A stretch of 32,000 nucleotides of DNA from Candidatus Methylomirabilis limnetica (GTDB taxonomy: Bacteria > Methylomirabilota > Methylomirabilia > Methylomirabilales > Methylomirabilaceae): positions 1 to 32,000 of the forward strand of contig NZ_NVQC01000022.1 of assembly GCF_003044035.1 (NCBI RefSeq). The letters run 5' to 3'. Both the position numbers and the translations under genes were made by a program. Below the pieces are notes generated by a model. It did not search any database. It was given only the letters and a program-made list of their open reading frames with translations, and was not told the DNA's origin. Positions 17,849 through 26,490 of the stretch are shown piece after piece (the stretch's first letter is position 1; each line of letters begins with the position of its first letter).

Positions 17849-17862
17849 CACCATTAGAACCC

Positions 17863-18681
17863 ATGTATATGCTCGATCGAGTCTCTAAGGTATTCGCCGG
17901 CCGGATCGTCGCCGTAGACGATCTTGATCTGAATATCCGACAGGGCGAGCGGGTGGCCTTGATCGGCCCAAGCGGAGCCGGCAAGACGACCCTGTTCCGG
18001 ATGTTGAATCTCACGATCCCCCCAACATCGGGAAGCCTGTTATTCGACGGACTGGACATCGGCCGCTTCTCCGGACGGCGGCTACGAGAGGTCCGACGCC
18101 GAATCGGAACTATCTACCAACAGCACAATCTGATCCCTCGCCTACAGGTCGTTCATAACGTGCTTGCAGGCAAACTGGGAACTTGGTCCACCTGGCAGGC
18201 GGTGCGCTCCCTGATCCGACCGACGGAGGTCGATCTCGCTTCCCTGGCGCTCAGACAGGTCGGCATCGCTGAAAAGCTGTACGACAGGACCGAGACACTT
18301 TCAGGCGGCCAGCAGCAGCGGGTCGCCATTGCCCGCATGCTGGTACAGAATCCAGAGGTGATCCTGGCCGACGAGCCGGTCTCTTCAGTGGATCCCGCGC
18401 TAGCCTCCGGAATCGTCAAGCTGCTGATCGATCTGAGCCGGACCACCCGCAAAACCCTCATCATGAACCTCCACAGTGTTGATCTGGCGCTGGCCCATTT
18501 CCCCAGAGTGATCGGGCTGAAGGATGGAAAGATGTCGTTCGATCTGGCAGCCCCAGCGGTAACAGATGACCATCTGACAGCGCTGTACTCCGGAAGTCAG
18601 ACCGAGACAGCCGAAGAGGAGGCCTCCATCCGTGCAAAGCAACGTTCCCTCTACTCCTGCCAGCCTCACCTTACCAGCTAG
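17863..18681 (+). CDS. phnC: phosphonate ABC transporter ATP-binding protein
   Basis: Walker A GPSGAGKTT, signature LSGGQQQRV, Walker B ILADEP and H-loop NLHSVD. Confidence 0.88.
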   Translation: MYMLDRVSKVFAGRIVAVDDLDLNIRQGERVALIGPSGAGKTTLFRMLNLTIPPTSGSLLFDGLDIGRFSGRRLREVRRRIGTIYQQHNLIPRLQVVHNVLAGKLGTWSTWQAVRSLIRPTEVDLASLALRQVGIAEKLYDRTETLSGGQQQRVAIARMLVQNPEVILADEPVSSVDPALASGIVKLLIDLSRTTRKTLIMNLHSVDLALAHFPRVIGLKDGKMSFDLAAPAVTDDHLTALYSGSQTETAEEEASIRAKQRSLYSCQPHLTS

Positions 18682-19519
18682 GCGCTTCTCCACCTTCCAG
18701 ATCGTCTATTCCGTCCTGTTCGTCCTGACGTTCCTGGGAAGTTATAAGCTTGCCCAGGTGAAACCACTGCTGCTCTTCGAGCCTGAGGGACGCCGGAACA
18801 TCTGGAAGTTCGTCACCGGCATGTTCCCGCCAGACCTATCCTGGAACTTCCTGAGTCTGCTGGGTCGCCCGATCCTGGAAACCATTCAGATCTCTCTGAT
18901 GGGAACCGTCATCGCCGTAGTCATCGGCTTCCCCCTTGGCCTTCTTGCGACAAGCTCGCTCACATTCAAAGGTATTCTGCACGAACGAGAGCTCGCCGGC
19001 TCTCGCCCGCAAGCAATGCTCCACAAGGGATCGTATCTACTGGCCAGGGCGATCCTCAGCCTGTTCCGGACTATCCCTGAATTCGTGTGGGCCTTCATGT
19101 TTGTCCGGGCCGTTGGGCTAGGTCCGTTCCCCGGTGTCCTGGCGATTGCGATCTCCTATGCGGGGATGCTGGGGAAGGTCTACTCGGAGATCCTGGAGCA
19201 TGTGAATCCGGGGCCCTTGGAAGCGCTCCAGGCGACTGGGGCCTCGCGGCTCACCATCCTCCTGTATGGCCTGTTGCCACAGTCCTTACCGAACCTGGTG
19301 TCCTACACCCTGTATCGTTGGGAGTGCGCCATTCGGGCATCGGCGATTTTGGGTTTCGTGGGCGCGGGGGGGATCGGCCAACAGCTTGAGATCTCGATGC
19401 GAATGTTTAATTTCAACCAGGTCACTACCCTGGTCGCGATCCTGTTCGTGATGGTGGCGGGAGTTGATGCCTTGAGCGCCAAGGTGAGAGGCGCGATTTT
19501 TGGCCGGGAGCGCGGTTGA
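18632..19519 (+). CDS. phnE: phosphonate ABC transporter permease
   Basis: Typical PhnE N-terminal F.PDLSW motif, an EAL..TGAS..Q/T loop and multiple TM segments. The start is uncertain, because ATG 18632 overlaps phnC by 50 nt. Confidence 0.8.
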   Translation: MQSNVPSTPASLTLPARRFSTFQIVYSVLFVLTFLGSYKLAQVKPLLLFEPEGRRNIWKFVTGMFPPDLSWNFLSLLGRPILETIQISLMGTVIAVVIGFPLGLLATSSLTFKGILHERELAGSRPQAMLHKGSYLLARAILSLFRTIPEFVWAFMFVRAVGLGPFPGVLAIAISYAGMLGKVYSEILEHVNPGPLEALQATGASRLTILLYGLLPQSLPNLVSYTLYRWECAIRASAILGFVGAGGIGQQLEISMRMFNFNQVTTLVAILFVMVAGVDALSAKVRGAIFGRERG

Positions 19520-20391
19520 TGGTCCATACCCCTACGCGGGCCACGGGTCACGCTGGAGCGAAGAGGCGCGATCTCCTCTCCCCCCCCAATCTGATATTCC
19601 TCGCGGGCTTCCTCATCCTCATGGCCTGGAGCTATGTGGGAACCGAGTTCTCGCTGCGCGGACTGCTGGGCGGGGAGAGTGCATCCCAGATCCTGACCTA
19701 CACCAAGAGACTCTTTCCGCCTGATCTATCCAAAGACTTCTTGCTCAAGACCGGCTACTGGATCCTCGAGACCTTCGCCATGTCGTTTCTCGGGACGATC
19801 CTGGCGGTTCTGATCGCCTTTTCCCTCGTCTTCCTCTCCAGTCGCAACCTGATGTTCGCCGGGCTGCTGTTCGAGATGGAGCGGCACCGTCCGTGGGTTC
19901 GAGCGCTCCGCACCGCCCTATACCTCATCGCCAAGGCTACCCTTAACCTCCTCCGGACCGTCCCCCATCTTGTCTGGGCGCTGATCCTCGTCTTTGCGAT
20001 CGGCCTCGGCCCGTTCCCAGGGATGCTCGCTCTGGGGATTCACACGGGCGGAGTCTTGGGCAGGCTGTTTGGAGAGGTGATGGAGAATGTCGAGACCCAG
20101 CCGATCGAGGCACTGCAGGCGACCGGAGCCGGCCGGTTACAGATCCTGTTCTACGGCATCCTCCCCCAGGTCCTGCCGGAGTGTGTCGCCTATACCCTGT
20201 ATCGCTGGGAGGTGAACATCCGGGAGGCGGTCATCCTCGGCTACGTCGGGGCGGGGGGGCTAGGCCAGCAGATCCAGATCGCCATCAGTCTTTTTCTAGA
20301 GCATCGCCTGCTCACCCTCATCATCGCGATCTATCTCATTGTGACGGCCGTCGACGCCCTCAGCGCCTCCATAAGGAGCCGAATTGCCTAA
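19519..20391 (+). CDS. phnE: phosphonate ABC transporter permease, second copy
   Basis: Paralogous to the preceding gene (FPPDLS, EALQATGAGRLQ, YRWE.NIR, GAGGLGQQ). ATG 19519 overlaps the upstream TGA by 1 nt. Confidence 0.85.
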   Translation: MVHTPTRATGHAGAKRRDLLSPPNLIFLAGFLILMAWSYVGTEFSLRGLLGGESASQILTYTKRLFPPDLSKDFLLKTGYWILETFAMSFLGTILAVLIAFSLVFLSSRNLMFAGLLFEMERHRPWVRALRTALYLIAKATLNLLRTVPHLVWALILVFAIGLGPFPGMLALGIHTGGVLGRLFGEVMENVETQPIEALQATGAGRLQILFYGILPQVLPECVAYTLYRWEVNIREAVILGYVGAGGLGQQIQIAISLFLEHRLLTLIIAIYLIVTAVDALSASIRSRIA

Positions 20392-20471
20392 CAATTCATC
20401 AATGCCCGCGACCGACCATTTCTCTCTCTTTCTCCTTGACAGCGGGATCAAATCACGGTATCACGCGTCAA

Positions 20472-20635
20472 GTGTAGTGTCTCACAAATACCTTTATAAT
20501 CCGTTCGCGGTGAGCAGTTCGACAGGCTCAGGGCAGGCTTGTCGAATCCATGAACGGAACTCATTGAAATGCTTCACCCTTCGACAGGCTCAGGGCGAAC
20601 GGATTGTGTAAAACAGCGCTGGATGCACTACACTA
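20472..20635. repeat. nested inverted-repeat (REP-like) element in the egtD leader
   Basis: Outer inverted repeat is AGTGTAGTG (20472-20480) with CACTACACT (20627-20635). Inner inverted repeat is AATCCGTTCGC with GCGAACGGATT. The direct repeat TTCGACAGGCTCAGGGC occurs twice. The element encodes the junk-peptide motif FTLRQAQGER. Confidence 0.7.
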
Positions 20636-20654
20636 GCAGACTTGAGGTAACATC

Positions 20655-21626
20655 ATGGAAAATGAACGATATACTTGCATTACGCTAAGGAACGCTCTGG
20701 ACACGCTGGCCGACGATATCCGGCAGGCACTCACCGCGCCCAGGAAGTGGCTCCCCTGCAAATACTTCTACGATCCGACAGGGAACGCCCTGTTCGAGCA
20801 AATCTGCGAGTTGCCAGAGTATTACCTGACCAGAACCGAAACTGCCATCTTGAAGCAGCACGCTGTTCACATCATCGGGCGCTGTCCATCGGACCTCACG
20901 CTGGTCGAACTGGGTAGCGGCAGCTCCACGAAGAGCCGATATCTGATCGAGTCATGCCTGGCTCGGCAGCAGGATCTCACCTACTATGCCGTTGACATCT
21001 CGCCAGCCGGATTGGAGAATGGAACCCGACAGCTATTGGACAACTACCCGCGCCTGAGGGTTGTGGGGGTGGCGGCCGAATTTGCCGATGGGCTTGGCTA
21101 CCTTACCACACACGCAAGCGGACCTCGGTTAGTCGCGTTTCTTGGATCCACTATCGGCAACTTCACGGAAGAAGATATCGCCCGGTTTTTCACGATGCTC
21201 CGTCGCCATCTTCGTCCGATGGATCGGCTCCTGCTAGGCGTTGATCTGATCAAAGACCCGGCTGTCCTTGAAGCAGCCTATGACGATGCCCAAGGCGTCA
21301 CCGCGAAGTTCAATCTCAACATTCTCGCCCGGCTCAATCGTGAGTTATCTGCAAACTTCGATCTGGCAACATTTCGGCACCGGGCGGTGTGGAATCACGA
21401 GCGTGGCCGAATAGAGATGAACCTGGTCAGTGTACGCAATCAACGCGTCAGGATCGGCGATCTGAACCTTGACATCGATTTTCGCCAGGATGAAACGATC
21501 CACACAGAAAACTGCTACAAGTACTCCCAGTCGGGAATGGAATCGTTGCTCACGCGCCACGGATTTCAGGTTCTTGGTCACTTTAGCGATCCTCGGGATC
21601 AATTTTGTCTTTTCCTGGCCTCTTGA
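20655..21626 (+). CDS. egtD: L-histidine N-alpha-methyltransferase (hercynine synthase, EgtD family)
   Basis: Similarity to mycobacterial EgtD runs the full length: KYFYDPTGNALFEQICELPEYYLTRTE, LVELGSGSS.K, FLGSTIGNF, LLLGVDLIKD, AYDDAQGVTAKFNLNILARLNRELSANFDL, RIEM and FCLFLA. Confidence 0.88.
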   Translation: MENERYTCITLRNALDTLADDIRQALTAPRKWLPCKYFYDPTGNALFEQICELPEYYLTRTETAILKQHAVHIIGRCPSDLTLVELGSGSSTKSRYLIESCLARQQDLTYYAVDISPAGLENGTRQLLDNYPRLRVVGVAAEFADGLGYLTTHASGPRLVAFLGSTIGNFTEEDIARFFTMLRRHLRPMDRLLLGVDLIKDPAVLEAAYDDAQGVTAKFNLNILARLNRELSANFDLATFRHRAVWNHERGRIEMNLVSVRNQRVRIGDLNLDIDFRQDETIHTENCYKYSQSGMESLLTRHGFQVLGHFSDPRDQFCLFLAS

Positions 21627-21668
21627 TCATCCCGCCACGATGGTTCCGATCTCCTTTTCTCGCCGGCC

Positions 21669-22436
21669 ATGAACGACCTGCCTACGATTGAGTTTGATCA
21701 CGTACACTACCGAGCCCCTAGCGGCGCGGTGGTTCTTGATGATGTCAGCTTCACCGTGAAGCGCGGCGAGGTGCTCGTCCTGGTGGGCCGCAGCGGCGTC
21801 GGTAAGACGACCATCCTGCGGCTGATCAATCGTCTCCTCGTACCGATCGCCGGCGAGGTTCGGGTCGAGGGTCGGGCAACGCCCGAGTGGGACCCGATCG
21901 CCTTGCGTCGCCGAACCGGCTATGTGCTGCAGGAGGTCGGCCTGTTTCCACACATGACCATCGGCCGCAACATCGGGGTCGTGCCGCGCCTGGACGGGTG
22001 GCCGGAACCCCGTATCCATGCGCGCTGCCAGGAGCTGCTGGAGCTTGTCGGGCTTGATCCATCCACCTTTGAAGGACGGTTCCCCCACGAGCTCTCAGGT
22101 GGCCAACGCCAACGAGTGGGGTTCGCGAGGGCGATTGCCGCTGACCCCCCCGTAATCTTGATGGATGAGCCGTTCGGTGCGCTCGATCCGCTCACGCGCG
22201 CCGAACTGCATCGCGAGTTCCACCGCATTCAGGATCAGCTCCGCAAGACCGTCGTCATGGTGTCGCACGACATGGGTGAAGCCTTTGCGCTCGCCACGAA
22301 ACTAGGGGTCCTGGATCAGGGACGCCTCGTGGCGCTTGATACTCCAGAAGTCATCGCCCGCGCCGGCGATCCAAGAATTCGGATGTTCCTCGATGCACTG
22401 CCGCCAGTGCCGGTCATCGCCCGTGACACTGATTAA
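21669..22436 (+). CDS. quaternary-amine (OpuC/OsmV/EgtV-like) ABC transporter ATP-binding protein, no CBS domains
   Basis: Walker A GRSGVGKTT, Q-loop YVLQEVGLFPHMT, signature LSGGQRQRV, Walker B ILMDEP and H-loop VSHD. Confidence 0.85.
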   Translation: MNDLPTIEFDHVHYRAPSGAVVLDDVSFTVKRGEVLVLVGRSGVGKTTILRLINRLLVPIAGEVRVEGRATPEWDPIALRRRTGYVLQEVGLFPHMTIGRNIGVVPRLDGWPEPRIHARCQELLELVGLDPSTFEGRFPHELSGGQRQRVGFARAIAADPPVILMDEPFGALDPLTRAELHREFHRIQDQLRKTVVMVSHDMGEAFALATKLGVLDQGRLVALDTPEVIARAGDPRIRMFLDALPPVPVIARDTD

Positions 22437-23976
22437 CTTCTGGGTCGCCCATCGCGCCGACATGCTCGGCGCAATTGCTCAGCATCTCCTGCTCACGCTG
22501 GTCGCGACCGCCGCAGCAATCGCCATCGCGGTGCCGCTCGGGATCGTGGCGGCACGGCGCCCTCGGCTGGGCGCGGTACTGCTGACCTTCGCCAATATCG
22601 CCCAGACGGTACCCAGCCTCGCCATGTTCGGGTTCCTGGTGGCGGCTCCGCTTATTGGAGGGGTTGGCGCCCGAAGCGCGCTGCTCGTGCTCATCCTCTA
22701 TGCGCTGCTACCGGTCATGCGCAACACCGTTGCCGGTATCCAGGGGATCGATCGGGCCGCACGGGATGCGGGTGTAGCCCTTGGGATGACGCCGAAGCAG
22801 TTGCTGCTACAGGTTGAGCTACCGCTGGCGATGCCGACGATGGTGGCGGGGGTTCGCGTGGCAGCGGTGGGCGGCGTGGGGGCGGCCACGATTGCCGCCG
22901 CCATTGGCGCTGGAGGGCTCGGCGACTATATCTTCCGGGGCCTCTCCATGACCGAGCCGACCCTGATCCTGGCAGGGGCGGTACCGGCTGCGCTCCTCGC
23001 CCTCGCGGTGGACGCGTCGCTCGGATGGCTGGAGCGCGCCATGACACCGGGGGCCACCCGATCGCGGCGCGTGACTGCCCGCGCGCTGGTGGCTACCGGC
23101 ATCGCGCTGACACTGATCGTGATGGGCAGCTTCGCCGTATCAGGGCGCTGGGGCCCTCGGGTCATCATCGGGTCGAAGAATTTTTCAGAACAGATCATCC
23201 TCGGCGAGCTGCTGGCCCAGGTGATCGAGCGGACTACCGATCTCAGGGTAGAGCGCCGTCTCAATCTCGGCGGCACGTTCATCAGCGATCAAGCGCTTCG
23301 CTCCGGCGCCATCGACGCCTACGTTGAGTACACGGGAACGGCCCTGACCGCGATCTTTCATCAGCCTACCTCACGGGATCACGCGGACGTACTCGCGCGC
23401 GTCATCGCAGCGTATGCGGCGACCGACCGTACGGTCCTGCCGTCGCTCGGCTTCAACAACACCTTCGCGATCCTCGTCCGGGCTGCCGAGGCACGCCGAC
23501 TCAACCTCACAACGATCAGCGATGCGGTGGCGCATACGCCTAGCTGGAAGGCCGCCTTCGGGTACGAATTCCTGGAGCGCGAGGATGGCTACAAGGGACT
23601 GGTCCAGACCTACGGGCTACGATTCGCCGAGACGCCGCATGTGATGGATCTGACGCTGAGCTATCGAGCGCTCGCGGGAGGCTCTGTCGATCTGATCGCG
23701 GGCGATGCAACGAATGGACTGATCAAGGGGCTCGATCTGACCATGCTCGAGGATGACCGACGGTACTTCCCACCATACGACGCCATCCCCGTTGTGCGGA
23801 CCCAGACGCTGGCAGCCCATCCGGCGCTTCGGACGGCGATCGAGCGATTAGCAGGACGGATCTCGGCGGAGGCGATGCGACAGATGAACTACGATGTAGA
23901 TGTCAGCCACCGCGATGCCGCAGTCGTCGCGCGGGAGTTCCTTGACCAGCTTGGGTTACAGTCGCCGGCCCGGTAA
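22423..23976 (+). CDS. fused ABC permease + OpuAC/OpuCC-type substrate-binding domain (EgtU/OpuBC-like)
   Basis: The N-terminal half has about 6 TM segments and an EAA-like loop (AARDAGVALGMTPKQ). After a further TM segment comes a periplasmic domain with IIGSKNFSEQIILGEL, YVEYTGTAL, FLEREDGY and LEDD.RYFPPYDA. The start is uncertain (GTG 22423 or ATG 22393). Confidence 0.82.
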   Translation: MTLINFWVAHRADMLGAIAQHLLLTLVATAAAIAIAVPLGIVAARRPRLGAVLLTFANIAQTVPSLAMFGFLVAAPLIGGVGARSALLVLILYALLPVMRNTVAGIQGIDRAARDAGVALGMTPKQLLLQVELPLAMPTMVAGVRVAAVGGVGAATIAAAIGAGGLGDYIFRGLSMTEPTLILAGAVPAALLALAVDASLGWLERAMTPGATRSRRVTARALVATGIALTLIVMGSFAVSGRWGPRVIIGSKNFSEQIILGELLAQVIERTTDLRVERRLNLGGTFISDQALRSGAIDAYVEYTGTALTAIFHQPTSRDHADVLARVIAAYAATDRTVLPSLGFNNTFAILVRAAEARRLNLTTISDAVAHTPSWKAAFGYEFLEREDGYKGLVQTYGLRFAETPHVMDLTLSYRALAGGSVDLIAGDATNGLIKGLDLTMLEDDRRYFPPYDAIPVVRTQTLAAHPALRTAIERLAGRISAEAMRQMNYDVDVSHRDAAVVAREFLDQLGLQSPAR

Positions 23977-24064
23977 GGACCAGTGTAGTGCGTCTAACAC
24001 TTCTTTACATTTACCGTGCGCCCTGAGCATGTTGAAGGGCTCACCAAATATATTGCCGTGTGTC

Positions 24065-24499
24065 TTATGGCGCGATGAGACGGTCTGCGCCCTCAGGCCA
24101 CACGCGTTTGAAGTCGTCAACATTGAATGTTAACACGTGATCAACCCTGGATTTCTTCGCTGCCATGACGATAATGGCATCATAAATCACGCCTCCGGAT
24201 AGTCCCAGATCAACCATCCGCTTGACGACAGAGCTGTACTCCGAAGGTGAAAGGGAAACCATCTTTGCCAGGGTTTCAACATCACTGTGGATCAGATGTC
24301 CGGCTATCCATGGCGTAATCCGTGGGCTTATGGGCAACGTGGCCAACCCCGCATAAAGCTCAGCCAGCGTATGACCGGCAACCAGCATATCGAACTCTTT
24401 CGCCCTTGCCCGTTTGAGCCATCGGAAAGCAGGGGCATGCAGGGGGTGCGGTCCTACAATCGCGGCCACAAGGACAGAGGTATCAAAAAGGATTTTCAT
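24065..24499 (-). CDS. vapC: PIN-domain toxin
   Basis: MKILFDTSVLVAA (first acidic residue), then later D/E positions typical of PIN domains. The start forms an ATGA overlap with the upstream antitoxin stop. Confidence 0.85.
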   Translation of the reverse strand: MKILFDTSVLVAAIVGPHPLHAPAFRWLKRARAKEFDMLVAGHTLAELYAGLATLPISPRITPWIAGHLIHSDVETLAKMVSLSPSEYSSVVKRMVDLGLSGGVIYDAIIVMAAKKSRVDHVLTFNVDDFKRVWPEGADRLIAP

Positions 24500-24759
24500 G
24501 ATCTCCGCGGCGAAGACACCCTCCTGATGCGTTCCTCGCGATGAGCCCTCACAGCCTCCATCAGATTGCCTGTTGCTGTGCCTGCATAGACCAGCAGGCC
24601 ATCCTTCACCTTGATTGGGATTTCTTCGCGCAACGGCTTCAAAATCACCTCGTCATCCGATTGCTCGACCTTTAACAGTTCTCCTGGTTTTAGACCGAGA
24701 ATATCGCGGATTTCTTTTGGGATCACCACCCGACCGAATCTATCCAACGTTGTCTCCAT
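24496..24759 (-). CDS. vapB: AbrB/SpoVT-family antitoxin
   Basis: LDRFGRVVIPKEIRDILGLKPGELLKVE is a swapped-hairpin AbrB motif. GGAGGAG Shine-Dalgarno is present. Confidence 0.85.
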   Translation of the reverse strand: METTLDRFGRVVIPKEIRDILGLKPGELLKVEQSDDEVILKPLREEIPIKVKDGLLVYAGTATGNLMEAVRAHREERIRRVSSPRRS

Positions 24760-24778
24760 TACACACTCCTCCTCTTTA

Positions 24779-24816
24779 TGGCATTATATATTGCCAACTG
24801 GCATAATTCAATGCCA
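24779..24816 (-). promoter_or_regulatory. vapBC promoter with twin palindromic operators
   Basis: On the minus strand: TTGAAT (24811-24806), a 17-nt spacer, then TATAAT (24788-24783). Two 18-bp palindromes with TGGCA/TGCCA half-sites lie at 24779-24796 and 24799-24816. Their centres are 20 bp apart, and they cover the -10 and -35 elements. Confidence 0.7.
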
Positions 24817-24929
24817 TTTTCCTCATCTTTCCGGCAAGACCTGGGGCCAGAGGAACAGGCGGTATACCGACCGCAAACTAGGCATAAATCGAGCATGACC
24901 CCAAGATCTTCCAAGACTTTCCGTGTTCC

Positions 24930-25718
24930 CTAATTGGCTTTAGTGGCGGCGAGCTTCTTGATGATCTCCTCGAAGTGCTCGATCGGGTAGGCGCCCTTCA
25001 CCGGAACACCGTTGAGCAAGAAGCCGGGGGTACCGTTGAAGCCGAACTGCTTGGCTTCCTCAATGTCCGCAGCGATGCGGTCTTTCACGGCCTGGCTCTC
25101 GGCATCCTTCTCGCACTTCTCCACGTCGATGCCTAGATCCTTGGCGGTCTTCTTGAAGAAGTCGACGCCGAGCTTGGATTGGTTCTCGAAGAGGATGTCG
25201 TGGAACTTCCAAGCCTTCTCAGGCGACTGGATCGCGACGGCCTCGAGCCACTGTGCGGCGGGCATTGCCTGGGCGTGGAAGGGCAGGGGCAGGTGCTTGT
25301 AGATGAATCGCAGCTCCTTGCCGTGCCTCTTTCTCAGCTCCTTGACAGTGTGATGGGCGCTCGCACAGTAAGGACACTGGAAGTCGGAATACTCAACCAG
25401 AGTATACTTGGCATCCTTCTCGCCGCGGATTCGGGTCTTGTCGTCGATCACGGGCTTGAGGGGGTTCTTGAAGGAGTCCGCGGAGGCCTTCCTTTCAGCC
25501 TCCTCTGCCTCCTTCTGCATGCTGGCCTGCTCCTCAAGCCCCGCCTGCTTGATGATGTCGAAGATGGCTTTCTTGTTGGCCTTGATCGCCTCGATGAGTA
25601 CGTTGGGATTCTCTTGCAGGGCCTTCTTAAGCTCGTCGCCAGTGATCTCCGTGGCCTGTGCGGCGGTGCAGGTCAGAATTGCGATCGTCGTGGCAGCTAT
25701 GGCGCTACTGATTCTCAT
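24930..25718 (-). CDS. secreted DsbA-family thiol:disulfide oxidoreductase
   Basis: Signal peptide (...CTAAQA), a helical N-terminal region, then a thioredoxin fold with the active site FQCPYC. Confidence 0.85.
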   Translation of the reverse strand: MRISSAIAATTIAILTCTAAQATEITGDELKKALQENPNVLIEAIKANKKAIFDIIKQAGLEEQASMQKEAEEAERKASADSFKNPLKPVIDDKTRIRGEKDAKYTLVEYSDFQCPYCASAHHTVKELRKRHGKELRFIYKHLPLPFHAQAMPAAQWLEAVAIQSPEKAWKFHDILFENQSKLGVDFFKKTAKDLGIDVEKCEKDAESQAVKDRIAADIEEAKQFGFNGTPGFLLNGVPVKGAYPIEHFEEIIKKLAATKAN

Positions 25719-25824
25719 GATCTCCTCCTGTTGAGTTCTCTCAGCACATCATTGTTTCTACAAGGTTCTAGCGCTTCCGACAATTCAACACAAAACGAAT
25801 TCGTCAATGCGGTTCCTCGGCAGG

Positions 25825-26490
25825 TCAGATGGTTTTCTCCGGCCAGGAGCAGAGGTGGCGGACCGGGCAGTGCGGGCAGTCTGGCTTCCTGGCCATGCAG
25901 ATGCGCCGACCGTGGAAGACAAGCAGGTGGGTGAGGAGGGTCCACTTCTCTTTCGGCACAACCCGGCAGAGCTGTTGCTCTATCTCATCCGGCTTGTTGC
26001 TGGCGGCCAGGCCAAGGCGGTTTGCCACCCGCGTGACATGGGTGTCCACCGCGATCCCCTCGGTGATGCCGAAGGCGTTGCCCAGGACGATGTTGGCCGT
26101 CTTGCGCCATACGCCGGGCAGCGTGATTAGTTCCTCCATCGTCTGCGGCACTAGCCCGCCGAACTCCTCGACCAGCTTCTTACAGCAGCCGATGATGCTC
26201 CTGGCCTTGTTCCGGTAAAAGCCTGTCGATCGGATCGCTTCCTCCATCTCTACCGGGTCAGCATCGGCAAGCACCTGTGGGGTCGGATACCGCTTGAACA
26301 ACCCCTTCGTAACCTGATTCACCCGCTCGTCCGTGCACTGGGCAGCCAGGATTGTCGCGATGAGTAGTTGGAATGGGTTCGTGAAGTCGAGCGTCACGTG
26401 GGCATCGGGATAGGATGACTCGATGATGGCCAGGATTTTCTTGGCCTTAGCTGGGGTAGCGGTGAGGATATCGCTTTTTTGCTGTTTCAC
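25825..26490 (-). CDS. nth: endonuclease III
   Basis: FQLLIATILAAQCTD, HhH-GPD motif LPGVWRKTANIVLG...VDTHV, and Fe-S cluster C-x6-C-x2-C-x5-C (CMARKPDCPHCPVRHLC). The GTG start overlaps the pyrD TGA. Confidence 0.92.
   Translation of the reverse strand: MKQQKSDILTATPAKAKKILAIIESSYPDAHVTLDFTNPFQLLIATILAAQCTDERVNQVTKGLFKRYPTPQVLADADPVEMEEAIRSTGFYRNKARSIIGCCKKLVEEFGGLVPQTMEELITLPGVWRKTANIVLGNAFGITEGIAVDTHVTRVANRLGLAASNKPDEIEQQLCRVVPKEKWTLLTHLLVFHGRRICMARKPDCPHCPVRHLCSWPEKTI

Noticed and set aside
24779-24816. TGGCA…TTGCC strings that superficially resemble sigma-54 -24/-12 elements
   Set aside because: The spacing is GG-N11-GC, one nucleotide off. They lie on the strand pointing away from vapBC, and they are explained better as palindromic antitoxin operators.
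25179-25934. 251-aa plus-strand ORF
   Set aside because: It is antisense to the DsbA-like gene and runs across the dsbA/nth intergenic region. It is Leu/Gly-rich low complexity with no recognisable domain.
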